Shown: piece after piece, positions 33,488-44,688 of the stretch
Layout of the letters: the number at the start of each line of letters is the position of its first letter
How positions within the stretch are numbered: the stretch's first letter is position 1
Source: an uncultured Acidobacteriota bacterium
GTDB taxonomy: Bacteria; Acidobacteriota; Vicinamibacteria; Vicinamibacterales; CAVVIG01
Assembly: GCA_963729215.1 (NCBI GenBank)
Contig: CAVSND010000005.1
Span: forward strand, 25,985-89,984
Direction: 5' to 3'
Length of the DNA stretch: 64,000 nucleotides
Made by a program: the position numbers and the translations under genes
Notes under the pieces: model-generated
Told to the model about the DNA's origin: nothing
The model's input: the letters and a program-made list of their open reading frames with translations, nothing else
Databases searched by the model: none

Positions 33488-35026
33488 CTAAAGCGGCAGG
33501 TTCCCGTGCTTCTTCGGCGGGTTCTTGTCTCGCTTCGTCTCCAGGTTGCGGAGCGCCGAGATGAGCTTGCGGCGGGTTTCCCTCGGCCGGATCACTTCGT
33601 CCACGAATCCGCGCGACGCGGCGACGTAGGGCGTCGCGAACTTCTCCCGGAATTCCGCCACCTTCTCGGCGCGCACGCGCGACGGGTCGCTCGCGGCGTC
33701 GAGCTCGCGCTTGTAAAGGATGTTGACCGCGCCCTCCGGGCCCATCACGGCCAGCTCCGCCGTCGGCCACGCGTAGTTGAAATCGGTACGGAGGTGCTTG
33801 CTCGACATGACGCAGTACGCGCCGCCGTAGGCCTTGCGCGTGATGACGGTGACTTTAGGAACGGTCGCCTCGGCGAACGCGAAGAGAAGCTTGGCGCCGT
33901 GCCGGATGATGCCGCCGTGTTCCTGGACCGTACCAGGCAGAAACCCCGGCACATCCTCGAACGTCACGAGCGGAATGTTGAATGCGTCGCAGAAGCGGAC
34001 GAAGCGCGCGCCCTTGACCGACGCGTCGATGTCAAGCGTGCCGGCAAGCACGGCAGGTTGATTCGCGACGATGCCGACGGGCCGGCCATCGAGCCGCGCG
34101 AACCCGACGATGAGGTTTTTCGCGTAATGCCGGTGGACTTCGAGGAAATAGCCTTCGTCGGCAATCACGTGGATGAGATCGAGCATGTCGTACGGCTGGT
34201 TCGTCGCGGATGGCACCAGGCCGTCGAGCGACGCATCTTCCCGGTCCGGCGGATCGGCGGTCGCGCTCCGGGGCGGATCGTCGAGGTTGTTGGACGGCAG
34301 GAACGACAGCAGATCGCGAATCAGCCCGAGGCATTCGCGGTCGTCTTCCGTGGCGAAGTGCGCGACGCCGCTCGTGGCGTTGTGCGTCATCGCGCCGCCG
34401 AGTTCCTCTTTGCTGACTTCCTCGTGCGTCACGGTCTTGACCACATCGGGGCCGGTCACGAACATGTAGCTGCCCTTGACCATCGCGACGAAGTCGGTGA
34501 TGGCCGGCGAATACACGGCGCCGCCGGCGCACGGGCCCATGATGGCGGAAATCTGCGGGATGACGCCCGACGCGAGCGTGTTGCGCAGGAAGATGTCGGC
34601 GTAGCCGCCGAGCGACGCCACGCCCTCCTGAATCCGCGCGCCGCCCGAATCGTTCAGGCCGACAATCGGCGCGCCCAGCTTCATGGCCAGGTCCATGATC
34701 TTCACGATCTTCGCGGCGTTCGTCTCCGATAGCGAGCCGCCGAACACGGTGAAGTCCTGCGCGAAGGCGAAGACCTGGCGGCCGTTCACGAGACCGTGCC
34801 CGGTGACAACGCCGTCACCCGGCACGACCTGATCGGCCATGCCGAAGTCGAGACAGCGGTGGGTAACCAGCTTGTCGAGTTCTTCGAACGTGCCGGGATC
34901 GAACAGGACGTCGATCCGCTCGCGGGCGGTCAGCTTGCCGGCCTCGTGCTGGCGCCGCATCCGCTCCTCGCCGCCTCCCTGCTCGGCGCGGCGCTCGAGA
35001 TCGGCGAGGGTTTGTATGGGATCCAT
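33488..35026 (-). CDS. pccB: Acyl-CoA (propionyl/methylmalonyl-CoA) carboxylase, carboxyltransferase subunit
   Basis: [44 protein letters not shown]. Confidence 0.93.
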   Translation of the reverse strand: MDPIQTLADLERRAEQGGGEERMRRQHEAGKLTARERIDVLFDPGTFEELDKLVTHRCLDFGMADQVVPGDGVVTGHGLVNGRQVFAFAQDFTVFGGSLSETNAAKIVKIMDLAMKLGAPIVGLNDSGGARIQEGVASLGGYADIFLRNTLASGVIPQISAIMGPCAGGAVYSPAITDFVAMVKGSYMFVTGPDVVKTVTHEEVSKEELGGAMTHNATSGVAHFATEDDRECLGLIRDLLSFLPSNNLDDPPRSATADPPDREDASLDGLVPSATNQPYDMLDLIHVIADEGYFLEVHRHYAKNLIVGFARLDGRPVGIVANQPAVLAGTLDIDASVKGARFVRFCDAFNIPLVTFEDVPGFLPGTVQEHGGIIRHGAKLLFAFAEATVPKVTVITRKAYGGAYCVMSSKHLRTDFNYAWPTAELAVMGPEGAVNILYKRELDAASDPSRVRAEKVAEFREKFATPYVAASRGFVDEVIRPRETRRKLISALRNLETKRDKNPPKKHGNLPL

Positions 35027-35029
35027 GTC

Positions 35030-35112
35030 GGGGCTCGTGGCTCGGGGCTCGTGACTCGTGACTCGTGGCTCGGGTCAGCTCGCATCACGAGCTACGAGCC
35101 ACGAGCAACGAG
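35030..35112. repeat. GCTCGTG/CACGAGC heptamer hairpin
   Basis: ggctcgtggctcggggctcgtgactcgtgactcgtggctcg ... cacgagctacgagccacgagcaacgag. Confidence 0.8.
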
Positions 35113-35115
35113 TCC

Positions 35116-35770
35116 CTACGCCTTGACCGCCTGCGACTTCTCCCAGTCCTTCAGGAACTTCTCGAGGCCGCTGGCGGTCAGTGGATGGTTGTACAGCGCA
35201 TCGATGACGGACGGCGGGCACGTGCAGATGTCCGCGCCGATGCGCGCCGCTTCGACAATGTGCATCGGATGCCGGCAGCTCGCAACGAGGACTTCGGTCG
35301 TGAACTCGTAGTTGTCGTAGATGCCGACGATGTCGCGGATGAGATCCATGCCTCCCGAAGCGATGTCGTCGAGCCGGCCGACGAACGGGACTCACAAAAG
35401 TGGCGCCGGCCTTTGCGGCGAGCAGCGCCTGCGCGGCGGAAAAACAGAGCGTCACGTTCACCGGTATGCTCTCACCCGACAGCGCCTTGCAAGCCTTGAT
35501 GCCGTCGCGTGTCAACGGCACCTTCACGACCATGTGCGCGTCGATCTTCGCGATCTCGTGGCCTTCGCGCATCATGCCTGCGAAGTCCGTCGCCGTGACT
35601 TCGCCGCTCACCGGCCCTTTGACGATGTCGCAGATTCTCTTCAGATTGGCTTTGAAGTCGCCCGTCTCTTTCGCCAGCAGCGACGGATTCGTCGTCACGC
35701 CGTCGAGAATGCCGAGCGCCGCGATTGCCTCGATTTCCTTGATGCTGCCGGTATCGGCGAATAACTTCAT
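35116..35770 (-). CDS. tal: Transaldolase (short FSA/TalC-type); frameshift near 35390
   Basis: [41 protein letters not shown]. Confidence 0.92.
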
Positions 35771-35798
35771 GAGACGCTCCTGATCTGCAGATTCTAGC

Positions 35799-37067
35799 TC
35801 ACCGCGCGGTCTCCTCGACGCGGTTCGAGGGCGCGCTCGCGTTGCCGGCCTTGTCCACGGCCTGCACCGCATACACGTAGCGAGTGCCGGCTGGCACGTT
35901 GTCGTTGAACGATGTCTCGAGCACCGGCATCGGCACCACCGGCTCGAGCCGGTCCCCGGGCGGAACCCCCCGCAGGATGACGTAACCGGCCAGATCGTTT
36001 TCCGTGTTGGCGTCCCAGATGAGGCTGATGACGCCCTCGGTCGACACGGCCTTCAAGTCCTTCGGCGGCGCCGGAGGAAACGTATCGACCAGCTTGATAC
36101 ACCGGGGCTCGGGTGCGTCGCTTTCGACGCTGAGGCCTCCCGTCCGATCGACCGCCCGAACGCCATAGCAGCGCTCCGCGCCCCACTCGACGCGCGTATC
36201 AACGAACCGCGGCTCGCCGATCGGCGTCATCGTCAACAGTGCGCCGGTCGTGGTGTCGTACACGTTGTAGCTGAGCGGAGGCGGCAACGGTCCGAGCGGC
36301 CGCGACTGCAGCGCCTCCGGCTGAACTTGCGCGCCGGCACTTGAGCTGCCCGGGGCCGCGGCAGAAACAGGCTGGGTCTGCGCGACGGGCGCCCACGCGA
36401 CCGTGATCGACGTCTCCGTGTACGTGATCGTCGGGGCAGCCGGCGGGACCGGAGGCGACGCGAGGGAGACGGGCGCACGCCGCGAAAACCGTCCACGCTT
36501 TCCTTTGGTGTTGACGCCGACGCCAACGTACGTCCGCACCGGCGGCGCGGAGGGCGTGCCGAGCAGCGGTCTCTCCGCGTGAGGCACTCCGCCTCGTCCC
36601 TCCTTCGGATCACTGAGGTCTACCGGCACGAGCGCAGCCGCCGTCAGCGCGTCCCGGACCGTCGTTCCCGCGCCCTGGTCGAGCCCCGTGCCCGTTGGCG
36701 CCTCGACTTCCTCGAGCGGTTCGTCCGGCTCCGCGACGTCGTCGGGATTGCGGGGAGCCTTCACGGGGAGGCTGGCCACGCGCGTGCCGTGCTTGAGCAG
36801 ATCGTCGTCGGTGAATGTCGGCGATCCGGTGAGCGCGTAGATTTCCACCCGCGAGATATTCGCCGGACGCGAACCGTCGGCGTTGGCGCCGGGCACGACG
36901 ACCGCGAGCTCGACGCTCGATCCCCGGCGGTTCGCCTGCACATCCGGAGGGGCGGGCAGCCGGACGAGCGGCGGGAGCGGAGGACCCTTCTTTCCGCAGG
37001 CGACCACGACGAGCGGGATCAGCGCGGCCAGCGCCGCCCTCACGACGATCGGCGCGGCACGCCTCAC
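35799..37067 (-). CDS. Lipoprotein with an LptM/YifL-like N-terminus and fibronectin type III domains
   Basis: Lipobox VVAC followed by GKKGPPLPP; [27 protein letters not shown]. Confidence 0.8.
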   Translation of the reverse strand: MRRAAPIVVRAALAALIPLVVVACGKKGPPLPPLVRLPAPPDVQANRRGSSVELAVVVPGANADGSRPANISRVEIYALTGSPTFTDDDLLKHGTRVASLPVKAPRNPDDVAEPDEPLEEVEAPTGTGLDQGAGTTVRDALTAAALVPVDLSDPKEGRGGVPHAERPLLGTPSAPPVRTYVGVGVNTKGKRGRFSRRAPVSLASPPVPPAAPTITYTETSITVAWAPVAQTQPVSAAAPGSSSAGAQVQPEALQSRPLGPLPPPLSYNVYDTTTGALLTMTPIGEPRFVDTRVEWGAERCYGVRAVDRTGGLSVESDAPEPRCIKLVDTFPPAPPKDLKAVSTEGVISLIWDANTENDLAGYVILRGVPPGDRLEPVVPMPVLETSFNDNVPAGTRYVYAVQAVDKAGNASAPSNRVEETAR

Positions 37068-38452
37068 AGAATGTACCGCGACAGATCTTCGTTCTTGACG
37101 ATCTCGGCCAGCATCTTCGTCACGTAGGCTTCGTCGATAATGACGCGTTTGTTGGCCAGATCCGGCCCCTCGAAAGAGATTTCATCGAGCAGCTTTTCCA
37201 TCACCGTGTGCAGGCGCCGGGCTCCGATGTTCTCCGTGCGATCGTTGACGATCGTCGCGAGCTCGGCCACGCGCTGGATGGCGCCTTCGGTGAACGTCAG
37301 GTCGATGCCTTCGGTTTCCATCAGTGCCATGTATTGCTTGATCAGGGCGCTGCGTGGTTCGGTCAGGATGCGCACGAACTCGTCCCTGCCAAGCGGATGC
37401 AGCTCGACGCGGATCGGAAACCGGCCCTGCAGCTCGGGAATCAGGTCGGACGGCTTCGACACGTGGAAGGCGCCCGCCGCGATGAACAGGATGTGGTCGG
37501 TCCGCACCATGCCGTACTTGGTGTTGACGGTCGTGCCTTCGACAATCGGCAGGATGTCCCGTTGGACGCCTTCGCGGCTCACGTCCGGCCCCTGCGCCCC
37601 CTCGCGGCCGGCGATCTTGTCGATCTCGTCGATGAAGATGATCCCGGCCTGCTGAACGCGCTCGACCGCCGTGCGCGACACGCTGTCCATGTCGATCAGC
37701 TTCTGCTCTTCCTCCTGCGTCAGGTATTCGAGCGCCTCCGGTACCTTCACCTTGCGCTTCTTCGTCCGGCCCTGGAAGAGCCCCGGGAGCATGTCCTTGA
37801 TGTTGACGTCCACTTCCTCCACCGACGACCCGGCGATGATTTCCATGGACGGAAAGCTTTTTTCCCGAACGTCGAGCTCCACGACCCGGGCGTCCAGCTG
37901 GCCGGACGCCAACTGTTCGCGGAACCGCTCGCGCGTGCGCGTCTGCTGGTCGCGAATGGAGGCGGTGTCCTCGGCACGCTCCCCTGGCGCCGCGGGCCGG
38001 GTCGGCGGCAGCAGCAGATCCAGCAGGCGATCCTCCGCATTCTGTACGGCCTTCGCGCGGACTTCTTCGATCCGCTCGGCGCGAACCATATCGATCGCGA
38101 GCTCGACCAGGTCGCGAACCATCGACTCGACGTCGCGACCGACGTACCCGACCTCGGTGAACTTGCTGGCCTCAACCTTCACGAAGGGCGACTGCGCGAG
38201 GCGCGCGAGCCGGCGGGCGATCTCCGTCTTCCCGACGCCGGTTGGCCCGATCATCAGGATGTTCTTCGGCGCGATTTCTTCGGCCATCTCCGGCGCCAGC
38301 TTCTGGCGGCGCATGCGGTTACGCAGGGCGATGGCGACGGCACGCTTCGCCGCCGCCTGGCCGACGACATACTTGTCGAGCTCGGCGACAATCTCGCGCG
38401 GCGTCAGGGATTCGGTCGACGTCCGTGTCGTTTCAGGAAGATAGATAGCCAC
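37064..38452 (-). CDS. hslU: ATP-dependent protease ATPase subunit HslU
   Basis: [33 protein letters not shown]. Confidence 0.98.
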   Translation of the reverse strand: MAIYLPETTRTSTESLTPREIVAELDKYVVGQAAAKRAVAIALRNRMRRQKLAPEMAEEIAPKNILMIGPTGVGKTEIARRLARLAQSPFVKVEASKFTEVGYVGRDVESMVRDLVELAIDMVRAERIEEVRAKAVQNAEDRLLDLLLPPTRPAAPGERAEDTASIRDQQTRTRERFREQLASGQLDARVVELDVREKSFPSMEIIAGSSVEEVDVNIKDMLPGLFQGRTKKRKVKVPEALEYLTQEEEQKLIDMDSVSRTAVERVQQAGIIFIDEIDKIAGREGAQGPDVSREGVQRDILPIVEGTTVNTKYGMVRTDHILFIAAGAFHVSKPSDLIPELQGRFPIRVELHPLGRDEFVRILTEPRSALIKQYMALMETEGIDLTFTEGAIQRVAELATIVNDRTENIGARRLHTVMEKLLDEISFEGPDLANKRVIIDEAYVTKMLAEIVKNEDLSRYIL

Positions 38453-38980
38453 TTAGAGCTCTTCCACGACGATCTGCCCGTTGGTGTAGATGCAAATCTC
38501 GCTCGCAATCAGCATGGACTTTTCCGCGATGGCGCGCGCGTCGAGGTCCGTATTTGCGGCAAGCGCCTTGGCTGCTGCCAGCGCATACGGTCCGCCCGAT
38601 CCAATAGCGACGATGCCATCGTCGGGTTCGATGAGGTCGCCGGTGCCCGACAGGAGGAACATCGCCGTCTTGTCGAGGACGATGAGCATCGCTTCGAGAC
38701 GGCGCAGCATGCGATCGGAGCGCCAGTCTTTCGCCAGCTCGACCGCCGATCGCTCCAGATTGCCGCGATATTGCTCGAGTTTGGATTCGAAGCGCGCGAA
38801 CAGCGCGAACGAGTCGGCCGCCGATCCGGCGAAGCCGGCGAGGATTCGGTCGTTGTACAACCGGCGGATCTTGCGGGCGCCCTGCTTGACGACCGTCGCC
38901 CCGAACGTCACCTGTCCGTCGCCGGCCATCACGGATCGGTCGCGGTGACGGACCGCGAGGATCGTGGTGCTGTGAATCAT
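38453..38980 (-). CDS. hslV: ATP-dependent protease peptidase subunit HslV
   Basis: [26 protein letters not shown]. Confidence 0.98.
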   Translation of the reverse strand: MIHSTTILAVRHRDRSVMAGDGQVTFGATVVKQGARKIRRLYNDRILAGFAGSAADSFALFARFESKLEQYRGNLERSAVELAKDWRSDRMLRRLEAMLIVLDKTAMFLLSGTGDLIEPDDGIVAIGSGGPYALAAAKALAANTDLDARAIAEKSMLIASEICIYTNGQIVVEEL

Positions 38981-39047
38981 GGGGCGTTTTCGAGTCTATC
39001 GATCGGCCGGAAATGGTGTCAAGAAACCGCGGCGGGTGTCACGAGGC

Positions 39048-39799
39048 CTACCAGACCCGCTTGACCTGCAGATCCAGGATGTTCTCGCTGGTGCTGAACG
39101 GCTGGTCGATGGTATTGCGTGAATTGGTCCTGATATACAGCACCGCCGTCTGCCACATCCGATTGGGTCGATACCCGACGCCGCCCCGATACCGCCGGCG
39201 GTTCGCAAATCGCTCGGTCGCATCGTCGGAGATCGGGACGAACCACTCCCAGTCGCCGATCAAATGGATCGTGCCGTCGCTCCCCATGTTCGGCCGATTG
39301 AGCGGGTACTGGAACTCGGCGCGGTTGCGGAAGCGCCCGCTCTCTGAAGACGGCTCATCGTCCGAATAAGAAAAGTGCCGCCACTCCCAGCGGACGAGGT
39401 CGCGAATCACGAGCCGCCGCTTGGGAAACTGCTCGTTGAACAGCACTCGTCGCTGGCGTGAGAAGAGATGGAACCGCGCGCCGCCGCGCACGCTCACCTC
39501 CGTTGTCTTGAGATCGTCGGTCTGCATCGTGCGGGCCAGCACGCTCTCGCCAACGGGATCCGCCCATTTCGTCACGGCGAATTCCGCCGACGGCGTCAGA
39601 TCGAGGCTGGCCCACCCGGGCTGATCCGGCGGCCCGGCCACCAGGACTTTCGGCTCGAAATCGAGTGCGTAGGTGACGCGGGGACTGGGATGCCAATCGA
39701 GCGTGAAATTGCCCCACAGCTGGGTGGTGGGTTCGGTCTGCGCCAACGCGGACGCTGCGATCACAGGGCAGCGGCGAGCGTCGACGCGCGACGGCTCAT
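39048..39799 (-). CDS. DUF2490-like outer-membrane beta-barrel protein
   Basis: TQLWGN, RWEWR, RFRNR, EWF, NRRRYRGGVGY. Probable start MSRRAST at 39799, followed by a frameshift. Confidence 0.7.
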
Positions 39800-39825
39800 G
39801 CGCTCTTACTATAACCGGCGCCGAC

Positions 39826-40977
39826 ATGGACGTCGGCGAAGCTCGCGGGAGAACTGCGAAGCGGTCGGGGAAGGTCTGTTAGGATTCAACGCGTGTTGCG
39901 GAACCATCGGGTTGTCGCGTTGCTGCTGCTCACCTGGGTGCCGCTGGTGATTCTGGCAGCGGCGGGCGGGGTGGCGAGTGGGCGACCGCGTGAGCATCCC
40001 GTTGCTGTTCGATTACGTTGTGGATGCGCGGTTTCTCGTTGCGCTTCCCGTGCTGATTGCCGCCGAGGGCGTGATCTGGGCGAGAGTATCGCGCTCTCCC
40101 GGTATCTCGTGCGGTCCGGTCTGATCGCGGCATCCGAGAGCCCACCCTGGAGGCGCTCGTGCGGCGATTCAGCGGCTGCGACGGTCAAGGCGGATATCCC
40201 GGTCCGTGGCGGCGATCGGCGGCGTGTTCGGGGTGATCTTTTTCCGCAAGGAATTTGCCGGCGACGCGTCCACATGGCAATTCGTGCCGGGTCCTTCCGG
40301 GCCGATCCGCTCGGCCGGCCGGCTGGTGGAACCTCCTGGTCAGCGTGCCGGTTTTCCAGTTCTTCATGCTGTTCTGGGTCTGGCGGTACCCGCTGGTGCT
40401 GGTTCCTGTTCCGCCTGTCGCGCCTCGATTTGGTGCTGCTCCCAAGCCATCCCGATCGCTCGGCAGGTCTGCGACCGATCGCTCAGGCGCATCAGGTACT
40501 GGGCGATCATCGTGTTCGCGCTGTCGTCGCTCGTCTCGGCCGACATCGGCCTCGAAATCGTCAAGGCGGGCGATCGCTCGACCGATTTCCGGATCGAGCT
40601 CGTCGCGTTTCTGGCCCTGAGCCTGCTCGTGCTGTTCGCGCCGCTCCTGGCGTTCTCGGGCAAACTGCTGGCCGCGCGCGACAGGGGGCTGATCGAATAC
40701 GGTGCTGCTGGCCGCCGAGTACACCCACGCGTTCGACGCGAGATGGATTGGCCGACCAGCGGCTGAGCAGCGAGCTGCTCGGCAGCGCCGACATTCAATC
40801 GCTCGCCGATCTGGGGAACAGCTATCAGATCGTCGTGCGGGTTGCGGATCGTGCCGTTCGAGATGTTGAAGCCTGTCGCGATCGTGCTGGCCGTGGCACT
40901 CCCGTTCGTTCCGCTGGTGTTCGCGGTGATCTCGCCGATCGACGTCGCTCAAACGGATGATGCAGATTCTTTTGTGA
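39826..40977 (+). CDS. Hypothetical membrane protein with multiple frameshifts
   Basis: Coherent segments across frames: LLLLTWVPL, WWNLLVSVPVFQF, LLPSHPDRSAGL, LLGSADIQSLADLGNSY, LPFVPL. Confidence 0.65.
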
Positions 40978-40985
40978 GCCACGAT

Positions 40986-41382
40986 ATGACAGACCTTCAC
41001 GCGACCCATGCGCCGACCGCGGACGACATGGCTCGGGAGCGGACGATCCTGGCCGCCGATCGCACCCTGATGGCGTGGATCAGGACCACGCTGTCGATGA
41101 TCAGCTTCGGGTTCACCATCTACAAGTTCCTGCAGGCCATGTTCGAGTCGGGCAAGTCCACGCTCGTGGCGAGCCCCGCGGGGCCGCGGAATTTCGGCCT
41201 CGCGCTCATTTCTCTGGGCGTCTGGGCGCTCGCCATTGCGTGTCTCCAGTACTGGCGTGAGATGAGACGGTTCAATCCCGGACGCACACCCTTCTCGCTG
41301 GCGCTGGCCGTCGCCGGCTTCGTCGCGCTTGTTCGGGATTCTCGCGTTGATGAACATGCTGTTCCACGTCGGCCCCTTCTGA
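40986..41382 (+). CDS. DUF202/YidH-family membrane protein
   Basis: RTILAADRTLMAWIRTTLSMISFGFTIYKF. A frameshift near 41335 fuses it to its neighbours in the ORF track. Confidence 0.85.
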
Positions 41383-41390
41383 GCGGCGCC

Positions 41391-42551
41391 ATGCTCGAAA
41401 GCTTCGTCGGCGCGTTGTTCCTCTCCACGGTGCTGTTTGCCGGGTGGCGGCTGACGCCATCGATCGGACACGGACGCCGGCGGGTCGCGTCGGCGTCGGC
41501 CGGCGTGGCCGTCGCCTACGTGTTCATCTACATGCTCCCCGAGCTGAACGAGGCCGGCGACGCCTTCGTCGAAGCGACCAGGCGGCTGTCGCTGCCGCTG
41601 CCGGAATACCGCGTGTATGTCGCCGCGCTGGTCGGCTTCGTCCTGATGTTCGGCGTCGAGCACCTGCGGAAGTGGTCGCGCCGCAACCCCGAGGCCGGCG
41701 GCGAATCGGCCGACGCGCGGACGTTCAGACTGCACGTCGGAGGGTTCGCGATGTACGCCGGGCTCGTCAGCCTGACGATGGCCGAAAGCGCGTCTCGCGG
41801 CGAGCTGCCTGTCGCTTTGTACCGTCTCGCGATGGGGCTGCACTTCGTGGGCGCCGCCGGGGATCTCTACGTCGAGCACGGACCGCTGTACATGAATCCG
41901 GGCCGGTACATGCTCGCGGCAGCCGTGCTTGCGGGCTGGGCACTCGGGACGCTGATTCGGGTTCCGCCGGTGACGTTCTACACGCTGGTCGGCCTGATAT
42001 CCGGAGGCGTCGTGGTCACCAGCATGATCATGGAGCTGCCGAGCGAAAAGGACGGACGGTTCTGGCCGTTCGTGTGCGGCGCGGCCGGCTACGCGCTGGT
42101 GCTGCTGCTCCTCGCCCGCGTGCGCCTCGGCGGCGCGGAAGGGCCGGCGTTTCAGGTCGCGAACGACATCGTCGACCGGGTGGCGGCGCGCGTCACCGGG
42201 CCATTACACTTCCGATTCATCCTGCAGCCGCTGATGGCGATCGCCCTCGGCGTTCGCGACGGCCGCCTGGATGCGAGGGCCGGCACCCCGCCGTTCGTCA
42301 TCGATGTCCTGTTCGGATCCGAAAACCGCGGCGAGTACATCTCGAGCGCGCTGAAGAATCTGGCGACGCCGGTCGCGATCGGCACCGTGCTCGATGCCGT
42401 TTCCCAGTATCAGATCTTCGAGCACGTCCGGCCGCTCGGCGCGCTGCTTGTCGGCTTCGGGATCCTGGGCGTGCCTTATGTGCTCGCCCGCGGCCTCACC
42501 AATCGATTCACCGTGCCCCGCCACGCCCAGGCCGCGAGCTCAAGCAAATAG
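41391..42551 (+). CDS. ZIP-like membrane protein with an extra C-terminal domain
   Basis: SASAGVAVAYVFIYMLPEL, AMGLHF, ELPSEK; C-terminal RVTGPLHFRFILQPLMA domain. Confidence 0.6.
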   Translation: MLESFVGALFLSTVLFAGWRLTPSIGHGRRRVASASAGVAVAYVFIYMLPELNEAGDAFVEATRRLSLPLPEYRVYVAALVGFVLMFGVEHLRKWSRRNPEAGGESADARTFRLHVGGFAMYAGLVSLTMAESASRGELPVALYRLAMGLHFVGAAGDLYVEHGPLYMNPGRYMLAAAVLAGWALGTLIRVPPVTFYTLVGLISGGVVVTSMIMELPSEKDGRFWPFVCGAAGYALVLLLLARVRLGGAEGPAFQVANDIVDRVAARVTGPLHFRFILQPLMAIALGVRDGRLDARAGTPPFVIDVLFGSENRGEYISSALKNLATPVAIGTVLDAVSQYQIFEHVRPLGALLVGFGILGVPYVLARGLTNRFTVPRHAQAASSSK

Positions 42552-42631
42552 CGTCTGACACACATATCGCTCAGTTCTCGACGGCAGTTCGGCAACTCAT
42601 CTGTGCTACATTCCGCAGGCTGGGAGGATTC

Positions 42632-43249
42632 GTGAGGCGCCTGATATTCGCATCGATCCTGCTGATCGCGTTGCCGGCTTCCGGCGCGGACCCGAACTTC
42701 ACCGTGACGTGGAAGAACCCGGCCGCGGGGAACGTCGCCTATGCGGGCAAGAAGGTCGTCGGCCTCATCGTGAGCGACGACATGCCGCTCCGGCAGAGTG
42801 CCGAGGAGGCCCTTGCACGCGAGCTGACCGCGAAGGGCGTCAAGGGCGTTCCCGCCTACCAGATGATTCCGAAAGAGGAAGTGCGCGACAAGGACCGCGC
42901 GAAAGCGTGGTTCGAGCGCACGGACACGGCGGCCGTCGTCATCATGCGCCTCGTGGATATCGGCAAGGAAACCAGGCCCACGGTTGTCGCCTGGGAAAGC
43001 GCCCCGTACTACGGGTCGCTGTGGGGCTACTACCCCTACGCATGGGGAGCGACGATCGATCTCACCCCGAACAAGACAACCGTCACCGTGGTCGTCGAGA
43101 CGCTCGTGTTCGACGTCCCCGGCAACAAACTGCTCTGGGCGGGCACCAGCGAGACCACCAACCCCAAGGGCGCGCAGCAGCTCGTCAAGAGCCTCGTCAA
43201 CGCTGCCGCCGAGCAGATGAGAAAAGACGGCCTGATCCGCAAGAACTAG
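42632..43249 (+). CDS. Secreted hypothetical protein (DUF4136-like)
   Basis: GGAGG RBS, signal peptide, aromatic YYGSLWGYYPYAW stretch, VFDVPGNKLLWAGTSET. Confidence 0.7.
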   Translation: MRRLIFASILLIALPASGADPNFTVTWKNPAAGNVAYAGKKVVGLIVSDDMPLRQSAEEALARELTAKGVKGVPAYQMIPKEEVRDKDRAKAWFERTDTAAVVIMRLVDIGKETRPTVVAWESAPYYGSLWGYYPYAWGATIDLTPNKTTVTVVVETLVFDVPGNKLLWAGTSETTNPKGAQQLVKSLVNAAAEQMRKDGLIRKN

Positions 43250-43321
43250 AGACGCCTGACCGTCATCTTGCCCAATTCCGGCGCTGATGGACGTGTACCG
43301 TTCACCGGAGGACGGTCTGAT

Positions 43322-44686
43322 ATGAACTGCCGCGCTCTCGTGCTCATTTGCGGGTTGGCGTGCGTGCCCGCGGCGGCATTCGCGCAAGGGGGGCAGGATC
43401 TCGTCACGCCGCCGGGCAACGTCCTGTTGCCGAACTACAACAACGTGCCGGTGGGTCCGAACGCCGGCCTCGAGGGGAGCGCCTACGTGGCGCGCGTGGG
43501 CGATCCGTCCTCCGCGTGGCTGAACCCGGCGGGCCTGTCGCGGGCGGAGAGCGGCGAGATCAGCGGGAGCTCCGGGTTGTTTCAACTCGCAACCGTGACA
43601 CCGTCGTCGCTGCCCGACACCGGCGGGTCGGTGCAGCAGCTGCCGAGCCTCGTCGGGTTCACGGCGACCAATGTGTTCCGCAAGGGTCTGACCATCGGTC
43701 TGAGCATCCTCACCGCGAGCTCGTGGTCCCAGCAAACCGACTCCCAGCTGGTCGTCGATCACGGGTCGGCGCGCGAGCGCTTCGCGTACTCCGCCGACTC
43801 GGAATACCAGCAGCATGTGGGCGCGGCGGGCGTTGGATTCGCGCACGGGGCTCTTCGCATCGGCGGCAGCCTGGCGTTCGTCTATACCGACGTCATCAAG
43901 AACGAAGTGGTCAGCGATCGGCTCGCCGGCGCGGCATCCCTGCGTTCGCTGCTGGCCGAAACGCGAGCGTCAGGATCGGCGTTCCAGCTGCGCCCTCTGT
44001 TCGGCGTGCAATACGACGTGTCGCCCCACGTGCGAACCGGCCTGATGGTCAGGACGCCTGCGCTGACGCTCTTGTCGAGCGGGACGACCACGGCCGATGT
44101 CCTCGCCGAAAACGGGTCGTCGTCTGTGGGCGCGTCGTTCTTCGACTCGAACGCGACGTTCGAAAATCACCTGCCGTTCGAGTTTCACGGCGGCGTCGCC
44201 TACGTCGGCGCCCGCACCGAAATCGAAGTGGACGTTCAGGCGTATACGCCTGTTTCCCGGTACGCGATGTTTGCCAGCGATCAGCCGATTGCCACCTATG
44301 TGAACCCCGGAAGCGGATCAGCGCCGGTGATTACCACGGCACCGTTCGGCGGCGCGGTCTCGGCGTTCCGGGGATTTGCCAACGTCGCCGTCGGCGGCCA
44401 CTTCGTGCTGACGTCAAATGGCGTCTGGCGGCTGCACTACAGCGTGGGGTCGGACCTTTCGCCGGTCGCGGACGACGACAAGGTCTTCACCAAGGTGAAT
44501 CTGTTCAGCTGGACACTGGGCCTGAGCGGCACGAAGGGAAAGTTTCAATTCACGGCCGGCGTCAACTCGCGCACGGGATCGTCGGACGACGTCCTCGTCC
44601 GCAACCTGCAGAACGGCGATCAGGTCAAGTCCAGCATGGATATCCGGACGATCGGATTGATCTACTCGCTGTCCTACAAGTTCTAG
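43322..44686 (+). CDS. FadL/OmpP1-like outer-membrane transporter
   Basis: AYVARVGDPSSAWLNPAGL (NPA hatch motif), beta-strands, terminal YKF. Confidence 0.72.
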   Translation: MNCRALVLICGLACVPAAAFAQGGQDLVTPPGNVLLPNYNNVPVGPNAGLEGSAYVARVGDPSSAWLNPAGLSRAESGEISGSSGLFQLATVTPSSLPDTGGSVQQLPSLVGFTATNVFRKGLTIGLSILTASSWSQQTDSQLVVDHGSARERFAYSADSEYQQHVGAAGVGFAHGALRIGGSLAFVYTDVIKNEVVSDRLAGAASLRSLLAETRASGSAFQLRPLFGVQYDVSPHVRTGLMVRTPALTLLSSGTTTADVLAENGSSSVGASFFDSNATFENHLPFEFHGGVAYVGARTEIEVDVQAYTPVSRYAMFASDQPIATYVNPGSGSAPVITTAPFGGAVSAFRGFANVAVGGHFVLTSNGVWRLHYSVGSDLSPVADDDKVFTKVNLFSWTLGLSGTKGKFQFTAGVNSRTGSSDDVLVRNLQNGDQVKSSMDIRTIGLIYSLSYKF

Positions 44687-44688
44687 CG

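Noticed and set aside
40842-42551. 569-aa fusion membrane protein
   Set aside because: It resolves into the tail of one gene, a DUF202 gene and a ZIP-like gene joined by frameshifts.
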